Positions 9,729 to 19,051 are shown, numbered from the stretch's first letter. The stretch is DNA of 60,411 bases from an uncultured Thiotrichales bacterium (GCA_938041655.1 CALISW010000141.1:1-60411), one strand, 5' to 3'. Notes: generated by a model not told the origin, from the letters alone. A program made the numbers and translations.

Positions 9729-10919
9729 ATGCCTCTCGAACTTCAACACCAGCTCAATATCAAAAAAACTCTGGATGAGTCTTCAAAACTGGACTTTGTC
9801 GCCAGCCTGCGCGCCTTCGTACTGAATGATATGGCCAATAAAATGCGCAGCCGCTATGAAGATAAGGTAGAACCAACATTTGAACGTAAGCATAAGCGTA
9901 AGCCTGAAAGCGGCACCGAAGTACACAAAGCCCTAATGGACGAGCAGTATTTTCAGTTTTATTCCTCGATGCGCTGTACCGCTCAACGCATGGTCTGGAA
10001 TTCAGTGATTGACCCGATCGAGCGTAACTACGATTCACTTAGCGAAACAGCCACAAAGTTAATAGACGCCGACAACCTTGATGAAAATCAGTCGTTGGAG
10101 ATACCCAGAAATGTCTCTGCTCTGGATGTGCATTTGTCCCCGGGTGGTTACAGTAAAGAATACAACGATCATGACATCACAACCGGTGCCATTTACGATA
10201 ATGGCCTTGCTGTATTTTCATTCGGCATGATGGGCTTGAATCTTGATGATATAGGCATGTCTATGGCGAATTACATTCGCCATACCTTCCCGGATTTCAA
10301 ACCTGAAAAAATCGTTGATTTTGGTTGCACCGTCGGCCACAACACTTCGGCACTCGCCAAGACCTGGTCAGATGCTGAAGTCACCGGTATTGATGTTGCC
10401 GCACCTCTACTACGTTATGCCGCAGCGCGCTCTAAAAGCCAGAACCTCAACGTTAAGTATTCGCAGCAAGATGCTGAAAAGACAGACTTTCCTGACAACA
10501 GTGTAGACATGGTGTTCTCATCCATGTTTCTCCATGAACTGTCAGCAAAAGTTCGCAAGAAAGTATTTAAAGAAGCCTATCGAATACTCAAGCCCGGTGG
10601 CCTGATGCTGCATATGGAACTGCCCCCTGCAGACCAGCTTGGCGCGTATGACAACTTCTACCTGGATTGGGATAGTTACTACAATAACGAGCCCTATTAT
10701 AAAGGCTTCAGAGCCGAAAACTGCCAGGCTAATTGCGTGGAAGCCGGCTTTGCTGAAGAAGACTATCTGCAGTTCACAACTCCACAGTACACCTATATTT
10801 CGGATGATGAATATCAGCAGAAAATAAACCAGGATGATCAGGATATGGATGACAAAGTAGGACGTCTGTCGAATGAGCTGAGTTGGTATGGCTTCGGAGC
10901 GTGGAAAAACAATGGCTGA
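9729..10919 (+). CDS. Class I SAM-dependent methyltransferase with ~170-aa N-terminal extension
   Basis: IVDFGCTVGHNT (motif I), DMVFSSMFLHEL and LKPGGLMLHME are typical of the Methyltransf_11/25 type. Confidence 0.75.
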   Translation: MPLELQHQLNIKKTLDESSKLDFVASLRAFVLNDMANKMRSRYEDKVEPTFERKHKRKPESGTEVHKALMDEQYFQFYSSMRCTAQRMVWNSVIDPIERNYDSLSETATKLIDADNLDENQSLEIPRNVSALDVHLSPGGYSKEYNDHDITTGAIYDNGLAVFSFGMMGLNLDDIGMSMANYIRHTFPDFKPEKIVDFGCTVGHNTSALAKTWSDAEVTGIDVAAPLLRYAAARSKSQNLNVKYSQQDAEKTDFPDNSVDMVFSSMFLHELSAKVRKKVFKEAYRILKPGGLMLHMELPPADQLGAYDNFYLDWDSYYNNEPYYKGFRAENCQANCVEAGFAEEDYLQFTTPQYTYISDDEYQQKINQDDQDMDDKVGRLSNELSWYGFGAWKNNG

Positions 10920-11217
10920 TATCGAACGCAAGGCTAAAGGCCGCCAAAAGGCATTTTTCAAAGATGAGGCCACTGACAAAATACTCTCTTCTTTATTGGT
11001 CCTGCTCAGCGAGCACTGGACCTTGAAGCAAAGAGTATTAACTCTGGAAAAACTACTGCAAAGTAAAGGCTGTTTCACCCCAGATGAGCTTGAAGAACAC
11101 GAAGTGGACGAACAGGCAAAAATGGAATTCGAAGGCATGCGGCAGAAATTACTGGCCGATGTATTTGCGAGCCTGGAACAAGAATACGGTGAAAGTGAGA
11201 TAAAAGATGAGTCATGA
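10912..11217 (+). CDS. Hypothetical charged protein (101 aa)
   Basis: The start at MADIERK (ATG 10912) overlaps the methyltransferase stop by 8 nt. I recognise no domain. Confidence 0.5.
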   Translation: MADIERKAKGRQKAFFKDEATDKILSSLLVLLSEHWTLKQRVLTLEKLLQSKGCFTPDELEEHEVDEQAKMEFEGMRQKLLADVFASLEQEYGESEIKDES

Positions 11218-11875
11218 ATTTTGGTTGTTTGTTCATATATTACTGCTGGTTGCCTGGCTAGGTACTGATGTTGGCGTACTGGTTGGCGGTCTTGAGTCCA
11301 GAAATAGCGAGCTGTCAAACGAGACACGCGGGAAAATATTAAGCATCGGCATGCTGCTCGATATGTTCCCTCGCACCGCTATGACGCTGATGCTACCAAC
11401 AGGAATGCAGCTGGGTCTCAGCCTGGGCATGATTCAGTTTTCACCAACTTCTATAACGTTGGTGTGGCTTTTTTCACTGGTCTGGCTGGTAGTAACCTGG
11501 ATTAGATATTTAAAAGAAAACCAACCATTAGGCGAACTGTGCGTCAAACTTTGTATTTTCATTGACGTGATTGTATTGGTGGCCTGTCTATGGATTGCGT
11601 TAAGTTCTTTCGGCAACAACTTACCTATTGTCACACCCTGGCTCGCCAGCAAAGTGTTCATCTATGGCTTGATCGCGTTAACAACGATTGCGCTTGAGTT
11701 TCTATTTCTTCCCGGCGTAATTGCTTTCGTAGGCATCATGAGCGAAGGCTCCACACCTGAGCGTGAGGCGACCTACACAAAATCAATGAACATCACTATA
11801 GTCAGTGTGCTGGTGATTTATGCACTGGTCATGCTCTCTGCCTGGATAGGCATAACCAAAGCACCATTGTTTTAA
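11207..11875 (+). CDS. Integral membrane protein, 222 aa, unknown function (paralog of 18375..19043)
   Basis: Multiple hydrophobic spans. The N-terminal FVHILLLVAWLGTDVG aligns with FLHLLGFVYWLGGDLG of the other 222-aa protein. Overlaps the upstream gene by 11 nt. Confidence 0.7.
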   Translation: MSHEFWLFVHILLLVAWLGTDVGVLVGGLESRNSELSNETRGKILSIGMLLDMFPRTAMTLMLPTGMQLGLSLGMIQFSPTSITLVWLFSLVWLVVTWIRYLKENQPLGELCVKLCIFIDVIVLVACLWIALSSFGNNLPIVTPWLASKVFIYGLIALTTIALEFLFLPGVIAFVGIMSEGSTPEREATYTKSMNITIVSVLVIYALVMLSAWIGITKAPLF

Positions 11876-11876
11876 G

Positions 11877-12179
11877 ATGGCCTGGCTAGCCATTTCCGAA
11901 GATGTTGAGAACAGCGCAACAATTCGCGATGAACATCTTGCTGCCCATTTGCAATACATTGAAACTATTTTGCACAAAATAGAAGTCGGTGGGCCGCTGA
12001 ACACAGAGCAAAATCCCGAGTACACATCAAGTGCAATAATTTACCGGGTAGAGACTGAAGCTGAGGCAAAAGAACTTCTCGAGAGCGACCCCTATTTCAA
12101 AGCCGGACTTTACGCGAGCACGATCCTCAAGCAATTCAAGCCCGTCGTCGGCAACTGGGTAGGTGGCAAAAGCTGGTAA
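11877..12179 (+). CDS. YciI-like protein
   Basis: 100 aa. RDEHLAAHLQYIE and DPYFKAGLY segments are typical of YCII-related domains. Starts 1 nt after the previous stop. Confidence 0.65.
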   Translation: MAWLAISEDVENSATIRDEHLAAHLQYIETILHKIEVGGPLNTEQNPEYTSSAIIYRVETEAEAKELLESDPYFKAGLYASTILKQFKPVVGNWVGGKSW

Positions 12180-12288
12180 ACCGGCTTTACATCTGTCAAA
12201 ACCACCAGCCTTATAAGGGTTAAGTCATTGATTTAAAAATGATGTTCAATTCTTTTAACCTACATTTAAACTTTCACTACACTAGTGT

Positions 12289-12312
12289 AAATGATATATT
12301 TATATATCATTA
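12289..12312. promoter_or_regulatory. Palindromic operator copy upstream of the TonB-dependent receptor
   Basis: AAATGATATA-TTTA-TATATCATTA. The arms are complementary at 9/10 positions. The site ends 72 nt upstream of the receptor ATG. Confidence 0.55.
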
Positions 12313-12383
12313 AGATCACTGTTAAAAATCGCACCAGAATGGCATTTTTAACAATCAGAATCACTCAAATGAAGGGGTTATAC

Positions 12384-14603
12384 ATGTTACAAACCAGAAT
12401 TAAGCTAATCAGCTTGACCGTTGTGTTATTCAGCTCGTTATTCACTATCACGCCTGTCTTTGCAGAACTGGAAGAAATCGTGGTTACTGCTGAACGACGC
12501 GAAACCAGCGTACAAGACATTCCTATCGCAGTCACCGCATTCAACCAGGATCAACTGGATCGCATGCAAATCACTGAAACACTTGATCTAGTAAAAGTAA
12601 TACCAAACATGATCGGTGCAAACAACACAGGTCTGGGTACGGCTAACACGTACTCAATTCGTGGCCTGAACAATACCGAGTCAATCGCTACTTTTGATCC
12701 ACCAGTTGGTAGTTATATCGGCGACTCTTTCATACAGCGTCAAAATGCCAATAACTTCACCCTGTTCGACGTCGATCGTGTTGAGGTACTGCGTGGCCCA
12801 CAAGGAACACTCTTTGGTAGAAACACCACTGGTGGTGCGGTTCGTGTCATCCTGAAAGATCCAGCCGACGAGTTTGGAGGCTTTGTTGAAGCTGGCATCG
12901 GTCAGTACGACGAAGTTAACTTCAGAGGTAGTGTGGACATTCCTCTTAATGATAAAGCTCGCACAAAGTTCTCTGCCTATCATGTATCTGATGATGGTTA
13001 TGTAGACGTAACCGAGCCTGGCCAGGAAGACCTGAACTACGAAGACAGCTGGGGCGCTCGAGCTGCACTTCAACTTGATATTCACGAATGTGCTAGTTGG
13101 GATGTAACTGTTGCCTATAATGACAACGAACATGCCAACGTGTGGAATGGAGAAGTTAATGGACAGCGTGTGTCAGCTAGTGGCTTGCAAGATGGTGCAT
13201 TTGGCCCTTCTGGTGGAGCTCTAGGCCTGTTAACAGGACCCAAAGCAGAACTACCCGGTAACTTTAACCGCACCCAATCAACCCTTGCGACATCCGATTT
13301 CGAGTTTGAAACTACCATTGGTACTTTGAACGTTATAACCAGTTACATAACGCTTGACCAGGAGTTCAGTCTCGACTTTTTCAACACACCAGTACCGGTA
13401 GGTGGCTTCAGTATCGCCAATATTGGTGAGCATGATCAGTTAACACAGGAGTTCCGTTTAACGGGTTCTGCCTATGATGGCAAACTCGATTATGTTGCTG
13501 GTGCATACTACTTTGAAGAAGATAACGTAACCGATTTTGGCGACATGTTTTTCATTGGCTTCCCTTTAATTCTTGCTGACAGAATCATGAAAAATACCAC
13601 CGAGTCTACAGCTATCTATGCTCAAGGTGACTATCACTTCAATGATCAGGTCACACTGACACTGGGTGCTCGTTATACCGATGAAGAAAAGAACATCGAT
13701 TTCAATGACAACAGAGCTGGAGGACCGCTTACTACTGCGAATATTCAGGCAGCCGGAATCGCCACATCACAGAGCGTGACTAAAGTCACTCCGCGTCTTG
13801 CCTTGAACTATACCGTCAATGACGACCTGTCGATCTATGGATCTGCTACCCGCGGCTTCAAATCAGGTGGCTGGAATGCGCGTGGAACAGCACCTTCTAC
13901 TCTGGCACCGTTTGGCCCGGAAACTGCAACCAACTATGAACTTGGTATGAAATCCGAGTGGGCAAGCAACACAGTTCGTTTGAACCTTGCTATCTTCCAG
14001 ACAGATATTGAAGACTTTCAATTACCTTCAGCGTTCGTTGACCCTGTAACTGGCGCGATTGTTTTCGTTACCCAGAACTTTGCGGATCTGGAAGTATCAG
14101 GTGCGGAAGCTGAGATTCTGTGGCAGCCAAGTGAAGGACTAACTATTTTTGCCAACATTGGTACACAAGACAGTGAGTACGCCAGTCTTGATCCATCCAT
14201 AATAGCCCAACAAGCGAACTGTATTAACAATGCTATGCAATGTGGACAAGGTATCGTTCAAGGTGACGGAACCATTGCAACACCAGTACGAGCACCGGAA
14301 ACCAGCCTGGCACTCGGCGTAAGCTATGAGTTCCAGTTTGGTAATGGTATGAGCCTGACTCCAAGCATTATTTATTCAGACACTGGTGACCACGCTATTG
14401 GAACATCTAATGCTTTCGGTGATGATGTTACTTATGATCAGGTAAATGCCGGCATTACCCTGTCTGGTGCTGATAATAAGTGGAGTGTAAATCTTGGTTG
14501 CACTAACTGCACTGACGAAGCGCAGGAAGTATCCAACCTTGCAGGTTTCATATACTTGAATGAGCCTGAGCGATGGAATCTGAAAGCTAAACTGAACTTC
14601 TAG
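12384..14603 (+). CDS. TonB-dependent outer-membrane receptor
   Basis: Start at MLQTRIKLISL (ATG 12384) preceded by GAAGGGG. Has a signal peptide and the plug motif EEIVVTAERRETSVQDIPIAVTAF. The C-terminal beta-barrel ends in a terminal F (KAKLNF). Confidence 0.9.
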   Translation: MLQTRIKLISLTVVLFSSLFTITPVFAELEEIVVTAERRETSVQDIPIAVTAFNQDQLDRMQITETLDLVKVIPNMIGANNTGLGTANTYSIRGLNNTESIATFDPPVGSYIGDSFIQRQNANNFTLFDVDRVEVLRGPQGTLFGRNTTGGAVRVILKDPADEFGGFVEAGIGQYDEVNFRGSVDIPLNDKARTKFSAYHVSDDGYVDVTEPGQEDLNYEDSWGARAALQLDIHECASWDVTVAYNDNEHANVWNGEVNGQRVSASGLQDGAFGPSGGALGLLTGPKAELPGNFNRTQSTLATSDFEFETTIGTLNVITSYITLDQEFSLDFFNTPVPVGGFSIANIGEHDQLTQEFRLTGSAYDGKLDYVAGAYYFEEDNVTDFGDMFFIGFPLILADRIMKNTTESTAIYAQGDYHFNDQVTLTLGARYTDEEKNIDFNDNRAGGPLTTANIQAAGIATSQSVTKVTPRLALNYTVNDDLSIYGSATRGFKSGGWNARGTAPSTLAPFGPETATNYELGMKSEWASNTVRLNLAIFQTDIEDFQLPSAFVDPVTGAIVFVTQNFADLEVSGAEAEILWQPSEGLTIFANIGTQDSEYASLDPSIIAQQANCINNAMQCGQGIVQGDGTIATPVRAPETSLALGVSYEFQFGNGMSLTPSIIYSDTGDHAIGTSNAFGDDVTYDQVNAGITLSGADNKWSVNLGCTNCTDEAQEVSNLAGFIYLNEPERWNLKAKLNF

Positions 14604-14627
14604 TTTCTGCCTCAGTAAAGAATAAAA

Positions 14628-14655
14628 ATACCCGTCTCAGGACGGGTATTTTTTT
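14628..14655 (+). terminator. Rho-independent terminator after the TonB-dependent receptor
   Basis: ATACCCGTC-TCAG-GACGGGTAT stem-loop followed by a T6 run. Confidence 0.8.
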
Positions 14656-14694
14656 ATCTGCAGTACATACACTCGAATTTCATAGGAGCAAGCT

Positions 14695-15621
14695 ATGGTG
14701 AATAAACAGTTTTATAGTGTAATAGTCGGCGTTGAATCTTTATCAGCTGCATTAGCTTTCTGGCACGATACTCTTGGCTTTTCTATTATCAATCATTCAT
14801 CGGGAGAAGATCGGGACCTTGCCATTATGCTTGGTATTTCTAAAGATGGCGTTGCTGCTCAGGCAATGCTCGGGGTAGATAAACAACAAACATCTGCGCT
14901 GTTACATCTCGTTGAGTTTAAAAATCCAGCCAAGGCAGTGCGTCTAGATGCCAGCCCGATGGATCTATGCCCTAAGAATATCGACCTATACAGTCAAGAC
15001 CTCGACGCTCACTACCAAAGCATGGAAAAAGCCGGCTACCCGTTTAGAGCCCCATGGCAACTACTCGAGGTCGAAGATCCATCCGGATTAAAACAGGTTA
15101 AGGAAGGACAAATACCGGGTCACGATGAAACCAATCTAGGCTTTATGGAATTGGTCGATATGTCGCTCCCCTTTACTGCACCCGGTTTCAGCGGCATGGG
15201 TCCACTAGTAACGGTGGTTAGCGATGCTGATACAGAGCAAGAGTTCTATACTAAACGTCTCGGTTTGGAACTGTGTATGACCCATCAATTCTCAGGCCCT
15301 GAAATAGAAAAAATCGTCGGGCTGCCGCCTGGTAAAGCACTTGATATGCGCTTACTTGGCGATGCTGATGACTGGTTTGGTCGGATTGAGTTAATCGAGT
15401 ATCAAGGAATATCAGGAGAAAATCTCTACGCCAGAGCACATGCACCTGCTACTGGTGCCCTGCACTTGGTATATAAGACAGACGATTACTCACAGAGCCT
15501 GACAGCACTAGCTGAATACAATGGTATCGGACAACAGCGCTCACTTGACTCAGGGCCGTACCAAGGAATAATCCTGCCAGTGACCACACCGGCAGGATTT
15601 AAATTATTCATTAATGGCTAG
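14695..15621 (+). CDS. Two-domain VOC (glyoxalase/bleomycin-resistance/dioxygenase) family protein
   Basis: 308 aa with an AGGAG 6 nt upstream. VESLSAALAFWHDTLGF and a second repeat, EQEFYTKRLGLE, suggest tandem VOC modules. Confidence 0.6.
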   Translation: MVNKQFYSVIVGVESLSAALAFWHDTLGFSIINHSSGEDRDLAIMLGISKDGVAAQAMLGVDKQQTSALLHLVEFKNPAKAVRLDASPMDLCPKNIDLYSQDLDAHYQSMEKAGYPFRAPWQLLEVEDPSGLKQVKEGQIPGHDETNLGFMELVDMSLPFTAPGFSGMGPLVTVVSDADTEQEFYTKRLGLELCMTHQFSGPEIEKIVGLPPGKALDMRLLGDADDWFGRIELIEYQGISGENLYARAHAPATGALHLVYKTDDYSQSLTALAEYNGIGQQRSLDSGPYQGIILPVTTPAGFKLFING

Positions 15622-16513
15622 ATGATTTGCTTGAGGTTTCGCCTCTGGCATCAATGATCTTTTTCATCTTGGTCCAGCTGGTTTCATTCGGGCGTGGATC
15701 ATCACCTGGTGGTGGTGTAGTGTAATCCGGATAGTTTGCTGCGATCTCGTCGCGTAAGACTTTCGGCAATGAATCCCACTCTTTCACTTTGCTACCAACC
15801 GCATTGAAATATAACAGACCACTACGACTACCCATTTCCATCCAGGGTAGCCATTGTGCAATACGAACCCAGGATACACTCGGGTACGCAGAAGTTACTG
15901 TATCATCCATTAACTCACTGAGACTGCCGTTAAAGTCAAAAATCTCGGTGGCATGATAGGTTCCACCGACATACTTCTGATAGTCACCTGCTAGCGGATT
16001 GTTATAAAACAGTGGCACCTCAACTGACATGAACCACTTATTATCTATGGTCATCAGGTTTGCCTGACGCGGCTTACCATCTGCACCCATCGCGTAACTA
16101 GGACGGCTGTTGACCGGATCATTATGTACATGCATAACCTCCACACTTTCACCTGACCATGGGTTATCCCATTGGCGTAATACTTCATTAGTTTCCGGGT
16201 CGAGATAAAGCATAATCTCTTTAGAAACCAGCCGATAACCATTACCCATTTTCGGATCTTTAACGCTCACGCACTGACGAATATTCATACCTTCCAAATT
16301 AAATACGCGCTTGTCAGCTTCACCTGGCACCCTGGCATAAGCTCTACCTGACCAGCGATATAAGGCGGGTTCATTATCCACAGTTGAGCATTGTATTTTT
16401 CGATTGATCTTCAGGTAATTTTCACCACTCCATTCCGGCTTTGGCGCCATCTCGGCATTGGTTGCCGCACAGCCGAATAATGCAACCATTGCCATTAATA
16501 CTATTTTTTTCAT
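15611..16513 (-). CDS. Secreted/lipoprotein of unknown function (possibly DUF1838-like)
   Basis: MKKIVLMAMVALFGCAATNA signal with a lipobox-like LFGC. AAGGAG lies 8 nt upstream of ATG 16513 (the track start, GTG 16516, is one codon longer). The family guess is from memory only. Confidence 0.55.
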   Translation of the reverse strand: MKKIVLMAMVALFGCAATNAEMAPKPEWSGENYLKINRKIQCSTVDNEPALYRWSGRAYARVPGEADKRVFNLEGMNIRQCVSVKDPKMGNGYRLVSKEIMLYLDPETNEVLRQWDNPWSGESVEVMHVHNDPVNSRPSYAMGADGKPRQANLMTIDNKWFMSVEVPLFYNNPLAGDYQKYVGGTYHATEIFDFNGSLSELMDDTVTSAYPSVSWVRIAQWLPWMEMGSRSGLLYFNAVGSKVKEWDSLPKVLRDEIAANYPDYTTPPPGDDPRPNETSWTKMKKIIDARGETSSKSSSH

Positions 16514-16559
16514 CACTTGAACTCCTTAATGAGATAAATATAAATCTGAATAATTGTTA

Positions 16560-16583
16560 TAATGTTATATTAATATAACTTAT
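16560..16583. promoter_or_regulatory. Palindromic operator copy in a divergent promoter region
   Basis: TAATGTTATA-TTAA-TATAACTTAT. A TATAAT hexamer overlaps the left arm. The 16-mer TGTTATAATGTTATAT (16555-16570) is identical to 23194-23209. Confidence 0.6.
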
Positions 16584-16619
16584 GCAGTACAGCCTCGCAA
16601 TCAACCAGAGATCAGTCTT

Positions 16620-17648
16620 ATGAAAATCAACTTACTTTCTTCAGCACTGACCTGCATTGCACTAGCGGCTTGCGCTAGCACCCCACCAAGCCCCGATACT
16701 AATAACTCTCTAGCCAGAGATGCCGAATTATTCCATCAGTGGTTTGCTGGTGAATATGACAATAACGAACAGGTGTGGCAGCAAGACGTCGACGAAATAC
16801 CGAAAGAAGATCAACACGAACATATCCATCATATTTTCCTGCCGGTAAACGCTCCTGAGATTGGGAAGAAAACATATTTTGTAAAACAATTCATGGATAA
16901 CGATCCGAGTAAAATCTATCGAATGAGGCTATATAAATTCACCGAAGATGAGCCTAGTAACTCGATAAAGCTGACGATCTACACCTTTCTCGAGGAAGAA
17001 AAGTATACGAATAGTGACACCAATCCTGCACTCCTTGCAGACCTGACGAGCGCAGAATTAAAAACCAGTGATGGTTGTGAAGTTTACTGGCGGCTACAAG
17101 ATGACTATTTTGAAGGCACCATGTTAGACAAGGCCTGCTTCTTTTATTCAGAGCGCAGCAAGAAAAATATATATATTACCGACACATTGAAATTAACAGA
17201 TACCGAGATCTGGATTGGTGACAAAGCATTTGATGAAGAAGGTAACAAAATATTCGGCCGTGATGAACAACACAAGAATCGTAAAGTAACCTATTACAAA
17301 GGCTGGGCGAGTTACGTACCGAGCAAAGTCATTGAAGGCTCTTCAGATGAAGAATGGGCCTTTATTCCAATTAGAAATCTGCATAACGAAGGCGACATAG
17401 TCAAACTCATCGACAAAAATGGAGTTAATACCGGTTACAGTATTGAGCTATCAAAACTGACATATCAAAACACTAAAACATCTATTTTAAAGCTTGGATT
17501 GATTGATAACGCAACAGATAAGACTATTACCTATATCTGGGCAGATATTGAAGCACCACGGATAGGCATGAATTTACGCTGGATGCAGGTGGGACTTACT
17601 CGAACGGACAGTAACTATGGACAGGATGTAGTTCTTAACAACGACTAG
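16620..17648 (+). CDS. Lipoprotein with CpcT/CpeT-like (bilin-lyase-fold beta-barrel) N-terminal region; function unknown
   Basis: LTCIALAACAS lipobox. LFHQWFAGEYDNNEQVW resembles the conserved N-terminal motif of the CpcT/CpeT family. Confidence 0.45.
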   Translation: MKINLLSSALTCIALAACASTPPSPDTNNSLARDAELFHQWFAGEYDNNEQVWQQDVDEIPKEDQHEHIHHIFLPVNAPEIGKKTYFVKQFMDNDPSKIYRMRLYKFTEDEPSNSIKLTIYTFLEEEKYTNSDTNPALLADLTSAELKTSDGCEVYWRLQDDYFEGTMLDKACFFYSERSKKNIYITDTLKLTDTEIWIGDKAFDEEGNKIFGRDEQHKNRKVTYYKGWASYVPSKVIEGSSDEEWAFIPIRNLHNEGDIVKLIDKNGVNTGYSIELSKLTYQNTKTSILKLGLIDNATDKTITYIWADIEAPRIGMNLRWMQVGLTRTDSNYGQDVVLNND

Positions 17649-17649
17649 C

Positions 17650-18366
17650 TTAACGCTCTAGTTCAACAAGCTCATAGTGCGTCATCATATAACCACCTAC
17701 AGAGCCGCGTAAGAACAGGTTGTCATCATCAGCAGTCGTCCAAATATCGTATGGCGGATGCTCTTCCGGCAACTCACCTGCGGTATCCACCACCTGAAAG
17801 TGGCGGGCATCAAACGTACCCGCTGGCACAGTAATACTATCATCACCAACGTACACCAGAGCAAAACCCATTTTGTACAACATGGGGCCAGTTGCCCCTC
17901 TATGGTCAGGTGAAGTTAATGCAAGATTCTCAACACGCTGCTTACCGGGTCCTTTGGATAAATCATAGGCATTCATTAATAACCCATCACCGATTATCGG
18001 ATGAGCCGTAATCGCGTTTGCTCCTCCCGGAAAATCCATGCGTTGACTCACCCTGCCATCACGAGCGTTAATGTTCTCACACTCGGCATGATCAGCTCCA
18101 AAGTTCATCCAGCCAGAACCTTCGAACTTATCGCCTACCGTTAAACGTACCGAACAATCCAGTGGCTTCATATTGGTCGGGTCATAAGCAAGCATGACAT
18201 CCCTCACCACATTCGGAGCGTCATCGATTTCAGCGTGAGCCAACAAAACATTGATTCCATCAGCCTGTCTGGTAATAGTAAAGTACTCCCTGCCCCGCTC
18301 CTCATCCATACGCTCAGGCTTTTTACTGGTGTAAAGAATTTTTCCACGAATAGTTGAGTGAGCCAT
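17650..18366 (-). CDS. Hypothetical protein (238 aa)
   Basis: I place the start at MAHSTIRGK (ATG 18366), 8 nt after the upstream stop. The longer track ORF would overlap the upstream gene. No domain recognised. Confidence 0.55.
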   Translation of the reverse strand: MAHSTIRGKILYTSKKPERMDEERGREYFTITRQADGINVLLAHAEIDDAPNVVRDVMLAYDPTNMKPLDCSVRLTVGDKFEGSGWMNFGADHAECENINARDGRVSQRMDFPGGANAITAHPIIGDGLLMNAYDLSKGPGKQRVENLALTSPDHRGATGPMLYKMGFALVYVGDDSITVPAGTFDARHFQVVDTAGELPEEHPPYDIWTTADDDNLFLRGSVGGYMMTHYELVELER

Positions 18367-18374
18367 AGTGATTC

Positions 18375-19043
18375 CTAAAATATAAAGAGATGTAAACCCA
18401 ATGCTGCGTTGATCAACAAACCTGCCCAGATAAGATAAACATAGGGGTGGCACGCTCTGATACTGTTCGCAATGGTCGCATTGACCTCGTCAGTTGCACC
18501 TTCTGTTGTTAACTTGACCCACGCCGGCACAAAGTTAGCGATTTTGCGACGTATCATCAAACCGCAAATCATCATACCCACAAAAATCAGCATTTTTACT
18601 GCCAGCCAATTTCCCTGGTAGATCTTGTCAGTGACTAAACCGTAAACAGCACTCGCGGCCAATACAATGATGATGATATACCGGAAGTTGAGATCAAACT
18701 TTTGCAGGCCAGGCAACCATTGCTTGCCGTGTCCAAAGTGAATAGCAAGCACCATTCCTGCCCACACCAAACAAACCACCCAGGCCAGAACGACCCAGAG
18801 TGATGACATTTGCATATACCCCATGATAAAAGCAAGGTGTATGCCAAACGCTAGAATCAGTGGCATACATAACCGTGGCGCCTGGTCACACCCCATCATG
18901 ATATCCAAAGCTGTTACCCGTGCGGATTTATCAAGATCACTCTTGATAACAAAGTGACTGGCATAAAAAGTACCAAGATCCCCACCCAGCCAGTAAACAA
19001 AACCCAGCAGGTGGAGAAACTTGATGACAAGTATTTCACTCAT
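18375..19043 (-). CDS. Integral membrane protein, 222 aa, unknown function (paralog of 11207..11875)
   Basis: Same length and collinear similarity to the 11207 protein, with multiple hydrophobic spans. Confidence 0.7.
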   Translation of the reverse strand: MSEILVIKFLHLLGFVYWLGGDLGTFYASHFVIKSDLDKSARVTALDIMMGCDQAPRLCMPLILAFGIHLAFIMGYMQMSSLWVVLAWVVCLVWAGMVLAIHFGHGKQWLPGLQKFDLNFRYIIIIVLAASAVYGLVTDKIYQGNWLAVKMLIFVGMMICGLMIRRKIANFVPAWVKLTTEGATDEVNATIANSIRACHPYVYLIWAGLLINAALGLHLFIF

Positions 19044-19051
19044 GTTTGCAC

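Noticed and set aside
10542-11327. 261-aa minus-strand ORF spanning the methyltransferase, small-protein and membrane-protein genes
   Set aside because: It is antisense to three tightly coupled plus-strand genes that have recognisable motifs. Its sequence is low-complexity Ser/Cys/Phe-rich with no motif, so it is a typical shadow ORF.
12291-12383. Upstream extension of the TonB-receptor ORF (track start 12291)
   Set aside because: The extension (MIYLYIIKITVKN...) is translated from the AT-rich palindromic operator. A GAAGGGG ribosome-binding site and a normal signal peptide begin at ATG 12384.
12180-12383. Possible riboswitch (e.g. cobalamin) in the 204-nt leader of the TonB-dependent receptor
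   Set aside because: The leader is AT-rich and lacks the GC-rich paired elements or a B12-box-like GCCACTG motif. The palindromic operator explains the only obvious structure.
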